A stretch of 64,000 bases of DNA from a virus: UHGV virus genome UHGV-0311442; one strand, given 5' to 3'. The translations under genes were made by a program, and so were the position numbers. Below, piece by piece: positions 57,332 to 64,000 of this stretch. The notes beneath the pieces are model-generated. The model was not told the DNA's origin. It saw only the letters and a program-made list of their open reading frames with translations, and ran no database searches. Position 1 is the first letter of the stretch. Each line of letters opens with the position of its first letter.

Positions 57332-60300
57332 ATGGCTGTCGTCCTAGACCCACACTTCAAAAAACCGGGGAATAAAATAACCGGTGAAGCGGTCGCCGTC
57401 TTTGGTACGAAATACCGAATGTTGGTACCTGCCCACGCCCCTTTTTTCACCACATCCCTGGTGGTCAAGAGCGGCGGCAAAACACTGACCATAGGCGACG
57501 ATTACGTTATTACGCACCCGTACGAGACCGGTATGTTGCGCACAGCCTATCTCATTCACGGGATGATTTGGATTGTTAATGACAAATACAAATCGAATTT
57601 TACGGTAGATTACCACGCCGTTGGTTGTGGTCAGGCTACCCAACAACAGATTACCGCAGAACGCGAACTCAATAAAGATAAATACCCGTCTGCGTGTCAG
57701 TGGGACACCGTCATCGGGGACGTTTACTTTCCACCGGTCGATATCCAGTTCGATTGGGAGAATTGGAAAGGTGAACTGGAATTAATGCAGGCTATTGCTG
57801 GATTAGGCGATTCGTTAGGGGAAGTCGTGAGTCGGCTTAACCCCATCGCACGCAATACCCTGGATTTAGAATACCGTGCTAATAGCAAGGTTATCACTTC
57901 CGAGCAGTATGCCGTATACGACAATAAAGGTGGCTTCACCTACAACACTGCCCGTCATCGTTATAGCTTGAGTTATAAAACTGCAACCTTTAACGACTAC
58001 GCCCTGTCAGTGAAACACAGAATTCCTGCTATTCTGCCAGACATGACGAAATTGAATCCAAACGAACAGATCGATTGGATGCTCTGTTATGCTAACGGCG
58101 GTGCAAGTATTCTACGGCTGCAGCTAAAACAGCGCAAAATCTCACTGGTCTTAACGGTCGCTATTGGTAGCGGTTCAACAAACTACGATTATACGTTAAT
58201 CAACGGCTTAACTGACGATGAGTTAAAAAACGATATCGATTTTAGTGTAACCCGACAACCCGGAAACGGTGTTTACGTCATCGTAGTAAAAACAAATAAA
58301 CAGACCATGGATTACACATTCAATGTCGATACGCCGCCTGATGAGTTCTCGGCAGGGTATTCGAAAACGGATGTTGCTAAATGGTTGAAGTTTAAAACGA
58401 ACATTAATTTAAACTGGTATGCGGCCGAAAACGATTATATTCAAATTCGTTCTTTACCCGGCGCACCAGAACCTGACATCGATAACGATGTTTACCAGTT
58501 AATAGTCAAATACCATCAGTTAGTTGAGCAGCTGTATCGTAACGCGCCTGCACACGAACACGTTACACGTAAGGACAACCCGCACACCGATACGTGGGGT
58601 CCGATCCGTGCGTTAGAGCTGAATGGTATTGCGACAGATGCCGCGTTAGCTTACGGGAAGACGAAACAGCAGTTAACGGATTATGTTAATGCTAAGTACC
58701 CAACACAAGCAACGTTAACCGCACAGAAAAAACTGCTTCGTGAATCGCCGAGCAAGAACGTTAACGGCACGATTACCACACTTCCGGGTTTTACTTCGTT
58801 CACGACGGAAGTTGATCCGGTCTCGATGTCGAAATACGTGAGTCCTTATTTTAGCGAAAGCTATGTTAGTAGTGGTCACAGATATCACGGCGCGCTTCGT
58901 TATACAGGAGCGAAAAGCGGTTTCAGTGCTAACTTTAATGCAGTGCCTGCCAACCTGCAAGATATTGACTTTATTGTTACTGGACGTAAAACAGCGTCTG
59001 GTAATGAAGCGGTCGGTAGGGTTGGTTTACGTTTCTACGAAAATCCTGGTAGTAACTCCGGTAAGTACGTAGAGATTACCGGTGAAGTCTGGTCCGGTAC
59101 TCTTACTATCGAACTGGCGTTGCACGGTTACGGTAGTCCGGTACCGGCAGTTCGGTATATTTCACAAGCTCCTAACCCGGCAATACCGGATGGGGATTTT
59201 ACGCTACGTTTTCAACTGAAGCGTACAGGGAATGTGTTTGACGTCGTTATTACCGTAAACAGTAAAACGTATAGCGGTAGGATTAACTTCAATAACATGG
59301 ACGCTGCGTTAGAAGCATTAGAGAATCAGCACCACTTTAAATCGCTGATCAATAATGTTGCCGACGCCGTTACCATTAGTTCGCAAAACAAAGGTAACAC
59401 GGTTACCATTAAGAAAGCACCGGATGTTGTTGACGAGACACGTTTAGGTGCCCAGTTTGTTGTTGATCCGAAATCCATCAAGTTTATTGGCCAAGGTTCA
59501 ACTGATGTTAACGTGGCTAACAACCCCGTAACGTTCCAAGCAGGTACTAACCAGCTTGTGCTATACCCCGATGACCGAGGATTGTTGTGGCGTGGTAAAA
59601 AACTCTTAGACCCCACCACCGTAGCCCCGTATCTGCCAGGCAATACCGCAGGTGGCACAGGTTTATTCTACGCAAGTTCGACAACAACGGTTACGATCAC
59701 CGGTAGCGGGATAAAAGCCTCGCCGTTCGTAGCGACCTTTATTCTTCCTACCGCGACCGATACAACAGCTCTGGCAGCTTGGCAGTTGACCGATGAGTTC
59801 GGTACCGCTGAAAACCTTGCAGCAACGCCAGCACTGATTGAAAAACTCGATGCGGAGTTCACCGGTAAGTTAGTTGCAGTTAAATCGTACATTAACGACA
59901 TGCAACTTACCAGCTCGGTTACTATCGATAAGATTACCTTTGGTTTAGGTAACGTTGCGAATACGCCTGATGTCGATTTACCGATTTCTACAGCACAACG
60001 TGCGGAGTTAGATAAATACTCGCCTAAAGTTCACCAACACCCGTTTACCGCTTTTGGTACAGGGAACGCAACCACAGCGCAACGTGGTCTGATTAAATTT
60101 GGTCTGGATGTGGATGATGCGACTTTAGCACTCGATGGGAGTGTGGTAATGGCGCAGACTTCCCAGATTGAAAAATTGGAGCGCGCTGTCAGCGGTGTTG
60201 ACTCGGAGGCACGTCTTGACATTATACGTTTTGGTGAGTCTGGTAACGACTTAATAGACGTTACGGTCAAAGACAAAATTCTGGTCACGCTTCCAGCTTC

Positions 60301-61654
60301 AACGTATTTTATCGGTGGTGAAACATACGACGTTCCGTTGATGACGATTAACGTCAGTGAACGTTTTCCGAAATTGAATACAGAAATCTACGCAGGGATT
60401 TTTGTTGATATTGTTGACAACAAAGCGAAGTATATTGTCCACGACAGCTACAGTCAGGCTGAAACGGATACCATGACGCGTGTAGGGTTGATTGGTGTTA
60501 ACGACATTTCTGAGGTGTTCGTTACGGAGATGCGTAATGTCACACGGTTGGGCGATTTCCGTGAACTGAAAGATCATAAAGCCGATGACAACGCACACAT
60601 TCAACGCTCCGCGTCACGTGCAGCGCTTGGGTTAGCTAACTTAACCGTAGGTGCGCCTTGCTGGGCTTCTGGACTCCAGGCAGTAGTACGCGGTGAAGCA
60701 GATTGGCGTTATGTTGTCGATGGGCAGTATAAAGCCTTAGACGGGGTGAAATACGACCAGCTCGCATCCAAGTGGATTTTTGACGCGAAAGGGGTAAGCG
60801 ATAACCTGCACGGGTTTATCCACAGCATGTTCCCAGCTTTTAAGAACGCAGGAATGCGGGTAAGTTGGGAAACAGAAAGTAACGCAAAAACCGGTACGGT
60901 GCTAGAAACTGTTTTAGGATGCTGGAAAAACACCGACGGCGAGTTTATGCGGTTGTCGTTACTTATCACTCGTGGTTATCGTTTAACTGACAGCAACGGT
61001 GAATATTGTTACGCAGGGTTCGGTTTGAACTTCGGTAGCGGGAAATCGGTAGTGTTAGGTTTCACACCAACGAAGCGTGTTACGCCTGCACCGTGGAATA
61101 CGTTACAACCTGACGTAACGTTTACCCACACCCGTGCTGCAAATAACGCAATAACGTTTAACGCAACATTGACCTTAGCGGGCACTACGTATACCATCGT
61201 GGTGTTTTTATCTGCGACTGATAAATACGTAAGTTGCACGGCAGCAGGGGGAGCTACGCAGAAAATCCCTCTAACTGACCGTTTAACTGGGTTCAATATC
61301 GCACCTATCGTTAACGATCCGTATACCCCTATTTACTACGGTTTAGGGGGACTTTATGAGGATGAAGTTCGTGCCAACATCCGTTCTACGGCAGATAGCG
61401 CAACCGCGAATAAAGTCTATGGTACGTTGTTAGACTATATTAGCAACTATTCCTCATTAAATCGTGTGCGCGTTATGGAATTGACCGGTGTCAGTTCAGA
61501 CCCCGAAACGCTTAATGCGTTAGTGGCAACTGAATTTAATAACAACCTGGCGGATTACGCTGCGTTACCGATACCTCCTTATCTTAACAAGGAGCGCGTA
61601 ATGTCGTTTATCGACACCAACAATAAAGTGCAGGCGGTAATCATTCGCGATTAA
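57332..61654 (+). CDS. Large tail fibre / baseplate-fibre protein
   Basis: Track ORF of 1440 aa with an ATG after AGGAG. Tail-fibre hallmarks: ITFGLGNVANTPDVDLPIS and ATTAQRGLIKFG (cf. the LGLGNVxNTxDxxKPVS and ATxxxxGxxxLA motifs common in myovirus fibres). The composition is beta-rich (T/N/G/V). Confidence 0.6.
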   Translation: MAVVLDPHFKKPGNKITGEAVAVFGTKYRMLVPAHAPFFTTSLVVKSGGKTLTIGDDYVITHPYETGMLRTAYLIHGMIWIVNDKYKSNFTVDYHAVGCGQATQQQITAERELNKDKYPSACQWDTVIGDVYFPPVDIQFDWENWKGELELMQAIAGLGDSLGEVVSRLNPIARNTLDLEYRANSKVITSEQYAVYDNKGGFTYNTARHRYSLSYKTATFNDYALSVKHRIPAILPDMTKLNPNEQIDWMLCYANGGASILRLQLKQRKISLVLTVAIGSGSTNYDYTLINGLTDDELKNDIDFSVTRQPGNGVYVIVVKTNKQTMDYTFNVDTPPDEFSAGYSKTDVAKWLKFKTNINLNWYAAENDYIQIRSLPGAPEPDIDNDVYQLIVKYHQLVEQLYRNAPAHEHVTRKDNPHTDTWGPIRALELNGIATDAALAYGKTKQQLTDYVNAKYPTQATLTAQKKLLRESPSKNVNGTITTLPGFTSFTTEVDPVSMSKYVSPYFSESYVSSGHRYHGALRYTGAKSGFSANFNAVPANLQDIDFIVTGRKTASGNEAVGRVGLRFYENPGSNSGKYVEITGEVWSGTLTIELALHGYGSPVPAVRYISQAPNPAIPDGDFTLRFQLKRTGNVFDVVITVNSKTYSGRINFNNMDAALEALENQHHFKSLINNVADAVTISSQNKGNTVTIKKAPDVVDETRLGAQFVVDPKSIKFIGQGSTDVNVANNPVTFQAGTNQLVLYPDDRGLLWRGKKLLDPTTVAPYLPGNTAGGTGLFYASSTTTVTITGSGIKASPFVATFILPTATDTTALAAWQLTDEFGTAENLAATPALIEKLDAEFTGKLVAVKSYINDMQLTSSVTIDKITFGLGNVANTPDVDLPISTAQRAELDKYSPKVHQHPFTAFGTGNATTAQRGLIKFGLDVDDATLALDGSVVMAQTSQIEKLERAVSGVDSEARLDIIRFGESGNDLIDVTVKDKILVTLPASTYFIGGETYDVPLMTINVSERFPKLNTEIYAGIFVDIVDNKAKYIVHDSYSQAETDTMTRVGLIGVNDISEVFVTEMRNVTRLGDFRELKDHKADDNAHIQRSASRAALGLANLTVGAPCWASGLQAVVRGEADWRYVVDGQYKALDGVKYDQLASKWIFDAKGVSDNLHGFIHSMFPAFKNAGMRVSWETESNAKTGTVLETVLGCWKNTDGEFMRLSLLITRGYRLTDSNGEYCYAGFGLNFGSGKSVVLGFTPTKRVTPAPWNTLQPDVTFTHTRAANNAITFNATLTLAGTTYTIVVFLSATDKYVSCTAAGGATQKIPLTDRLTGFNIAPIVNDPYTPIYYGLGGLYEDEVRANIRSTADSATANKVYGTLLDYISNYSSLNRVRVMELTGVSSDPETLNALVATEFNNNLADYAALPIPPYLNKERVMSFIDTNNKVQAVIIRD

Positions 61655-61667
61655 GGAGATTTTTTTG

Positions 61668-64000
61668 ATGAAAGCGTATCCTTACGATCCTCGGGGGACG
61701 AAAGCCGAGAATCACTTCTTAGAGGAGCGTATCATCGGGTCAGAAAATAACAACGATCGGGTGGTGATTTTAGACCATCGCCCGTTCTTTGAAGATTTAG
61801 TCGTCAGACAACCAGGTTCAACCACCCCACTGAGTCGTGGGGTGGACTACGAACTGCAATATCAGCTGACGGAACTGGATGACTCGGTAGCAGCCAACGT
61901 GTATTGTGGGGTACACCTTATCAACCCATCCATCAAAGGCATCGTAACCTTTGAAGGGCAAATGCTCGGCGGTACGTTCTACGACCCGTTTGTTGATATT
62001 CTCGATGAACTGGTGAAATATTTGAATAACCCAGTCAGTGCTGACTGGCTGTTATTAGACGGTAGACCATCGTTATATCCAGCGACGCCAGCAGCAACGT
62101 CCTGGGCGGATTTGCTGAACAAAAAATATTTAGCGTCGGCAGTTCACGATATTGAATTGAAAACCGACGACGCTAACCAGCTAATTAAAGACAAATTAGC
62201 TGAAGTTAAAGCGTTAGTGACTGCGTTGGGTAAAGAAATCGAAGCATTTAACTACCCGGCACATATCGCAGCGAAGAACCCGCACGAAACCACATCCGCG
62301 CAGATTAACGCGCATCCTGTTAACTTGAAAACACCCGACACCTTTATGGCGTACGGGTTAAAGTTGAAAGCACTGACGGATGAGCTGAAAGCGTTTCGTT
62401 TACCGCAGTCGGTTATCGATACGTATATCTCTCACTGGATTTCTTCGGAAGTGCGGGGCGTGTTTAACTGTACGGTGTCAGGAAACCGCGCACAGTTCCG
62501 TTCGAAAAACGGTGAGTCCGAAATCATTTTTGCCAACGATGGTTTTACGTTAAAATCCAACGGTTCTGTGGTGTTAGCGGTAGGGCATCTGGAAGGCACA
62601 GGTGCAGGACGCTATATCAACTGGCGTGCCGGTAAAAACACATTACGCATCGAGTCAACAGGCGATGCTTTAGGGATGAACAAACTCACCCTGAACGGTA
62701 ACCCGTTACTGACTACCACGGCGTTGATGGAATACCAACAAGATCCAGATGCGGGTTCTGGTGGCGGTGGCGACCCTGATGACTCGAAGGTGTACATTGA
62801 AGGTCGTAATGGGATTAGCTTTACCGGTAAAGGTTCTCGCGCCGACCCTATCGTGGGGACTATCGACCCAACAAAAGCGACAACCGCCGAAAAAGGCGTC
62901 GCTAAACTTAAAACAGGTAAAGGTACAGAAACGACTGGGGTTGCTGCAACACCGGCTTCGTTAGCACCATACTCGACCGACCTATCGGGGTATGTGGCTA
63001 AAACGACCATGATTAACGGTAAGCCGATGAACGACGGCTCCAGGACAATCACGAAAGCTGATCTGGGGTTAGGGCGAGCGGATAACACCGCAGACGTTGA
63101 CAAGCCGTTGTCTACCGAGTTAAATACGGCGCTTAGTGGTTTAGCGGATGCAGGTCACCACCACGATTGGTCGGAACTAGGCATTTATAAAGCCTCGCAA
63201 ACCGTTTACGGTATCGGTCGTTACGCAACTAACCAGAACGGTTTGGTTGAAAACCGTGCAGTGGTGCCGAACGTCTTAAAAGAACTTTCGGCGCGTTTAG
63301 ATGTGGTCGCCGCGGCGATTGCAAACGCGAAAGAAGGGTCGGTAACAGATTTCGCTGCGGTAAAAGGCGCAGACTGGCGCTTTAATAGCCAGGGTACGGC
63401 AATCTCCGTTCAAGATTTGAAATATTTCTATTTGCTGAACGGTGCGAAAGCTGATAGCGCCGTTACAGGTTCGATTGACCTGCAAACTACGCCGATGTTT
63501 AACTGGTTCTCACCGAACAACCAAATTGAGACGACCTGGCCTACGGGGAAAGTGAGTGCTGGTAAGGGCATTAGCTGGACAGGTATTGAAGAACCACCAC
63601 TAATGGGTTTCCAATCTGTTCCGGTAGGTAAAACTGCCTCACAGATGGGCGACCAGTCAGTTGTTACTGTGTTGGCCAAAACGCGGGTAAGAGCACGCCA
63701 GCCGAAGCTTTGGGTTTATGCCGCTGGAGGTGGCCCGGTTACAGTTTACATTAACGGTATCCAGGCAGCCACAGGCCAGTCTCCGCTCGTTGCAGTGTAC
63801 GAAACATCAGCGGACGTTGAAAACTACACCGTAGCGGTTAAAGCTGAGTGTAGCGACACGGCTAAATCCGCAGCGGTGCAATTCGAAATTTACGACGGTG
63901 ACTACCCCGTTTATTTCAGTGGCCCTGAAACGCACGTAGAGCTTCTCCAAGAGTTTGTTACAACACACGTAGGCATTCGTCATTATCTGTACGTTAACAT
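61668..64000 (+). CDS. Tail fibre protein (5' 777 codons; the ORF runs off the right edge)
   Basis: Absent from the track because it is edge-truncated. Hand translation from the ATG at 61668 (AAGGAG 9 nt upstream; MKAYPYDPRGTK...) is open to 64000. Motifs: ATTAEKGVAKLKTGKGTETTGVAATPASL (nt ~62873-62960) and ADLGLGRADNTADVDKPLS (nt ~63058-63115). Confidence 0.6.
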   Translation, partial: MKAYPYDPRGTKAENHFLEERIIGSENNNDRVVILDHRPFFEDLVVRQPGSTTPLSRGVDYELQYQLTELDDSVAANVYCGVHLINPSIKGIVTFEGQMLGGTFYDPFVDILDELVKYLNNPVSADWLLLDGRPSLYPATPAATSWADLLNKKYLASAVHDIELKTDDANQLIKDKLAEVKALVTALGKEIEAFNYPAHIAAKNPHETTSAQINAHPVNLKTPDTFMAYGLKLKALTDELKAFRLPQSVIDTYISHWISSEVRGVFNCTVSGNRAQFRSKNGESEIIFANDGFTLKSNGSVVLAVGHLEGTGAGRYINWRAGKNTLRIESTGDALGMNKLTLNGNPLLTTTALMEYQQDPDAGSGGGGDPDDSKVYIEGRNGISFTGKGSRADPIVGTIDPTKATTAEKGVAKLKTGKGTETTGVAATPASLAPYSTDLSGYVAKTTMINGKPMNDGSRTITKADLGLGRADNTADVDKPLSTELNTALSGLADAGHHHDWSELGIYKASQTVYGIGRYATNQNGLVENRAVVPNVLKELSARLDVVAAAIANAKEGSVTDFAAVKGADWRFNSQGTAISVQDLKYFYLLNGAKADSAVTGSIDLQTTPMFNWFSPNNQIETTWPTGKVSAGKGISWTGIEEPPLMGFQSVPVGKTASQMGDQSVVTVLAKTRVRARQPKLWVYAAGGGPVTVYINGIQAATGQSPLVAVYETSADVENYTVAVKAECSDTAKSAAVQFEIYDGDYPVYFSGPETHVELLQEFVTTHVGIRHYLYVN

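Noticed and set aside
62612-63103. 163-aa minus-strand ORF and neighbours (62749..62964, 63297..63485, 63428..63679)
   Set aside because: They overlap the hand-translated tail-fibre ORF (61668..64000), which carries canonical fibre motifs. These are artefacts of the track not reporting the edge-truncated ORF.
1-64000. Search by eye for tRNA/tmRNA genes, rRNA, CRISPR repeats, integrase/transposase genes, group I introns or homing endonucleases
   Set aside because: I noticed no GTTCGAATC-type T-arm with cloverleaf context, no regularly spaced direct repeats, no recombinase motifs and no interrupted conserved genes (thyA is continuous). A tRNAscan-SE/Infernal run would be needed to be certain.

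Overview
The window is a gene-dense segment of a phiKZ-lineage jumbo myovirus genome. An enterobacterial, SPN3US-like phage is my inference from architecture and was not verified. I count about 69 protein-coding genes, most on the minus strand. By eye I found no rRNA, tRNA, CRISPR array, transposase or integrase.

Layout, left to right:
- 1-11.5 kb: split multisubunit virion-type RNA polymerase genes (a beta-like fragment running off the left edge and a beta-prime N-terminal fragment with a DYDGD Mg site), divergent from a 2388-aa virion protein carrying a lytic transglycosylase (SLT) domain. This is the same neighbourhood logic as phiKZ gp178/gp180/gp181.
- 14-17 kb: nucleotide metabolism (a MazG-like pyrophosphohydrolase and a thymidylate synthase with two large insertions).
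- 19-21 kb: a translationally coupled NADAR-like plus CYTH-like gene pair.
- 25-47 kb: recombination and replication genes (UvsX/RecA-like ATPase, RNase HI fusion, DEDDh exonuclease, Rad50/SbcC-like ATPase), interspersed with paralogous gene pairs, a signal-peptide SLT enzyme, a DarG-type macrodomain and a GNAT acetyltransferase.
- 48-54 kb: two accessory arrays, namely five consecutive signal-peptide proteins (one Ivy-like) and four tandem paralogs sharing a C-terminal GW...QLLF module.
- 54.5-64 kb: baseplate spike and tail fibres, with a DUF1471/BhsA-like moron inserted between them.

Operons are punctuated by GC-rich hairpin terminators, several sharing CCCTACTCC/GGAGTAGGG arms. A recurring AGATAT-type promoter-like motif always points into minus-strand genes.

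All functional calls are by-eye motif recognition; no searches were run. The supplied ORF track omits the two edge-truncated ORFs (1..2689 minus strand and 61668..64000 plus strand) and all ORFs under 60 aa. I translated those by hand.
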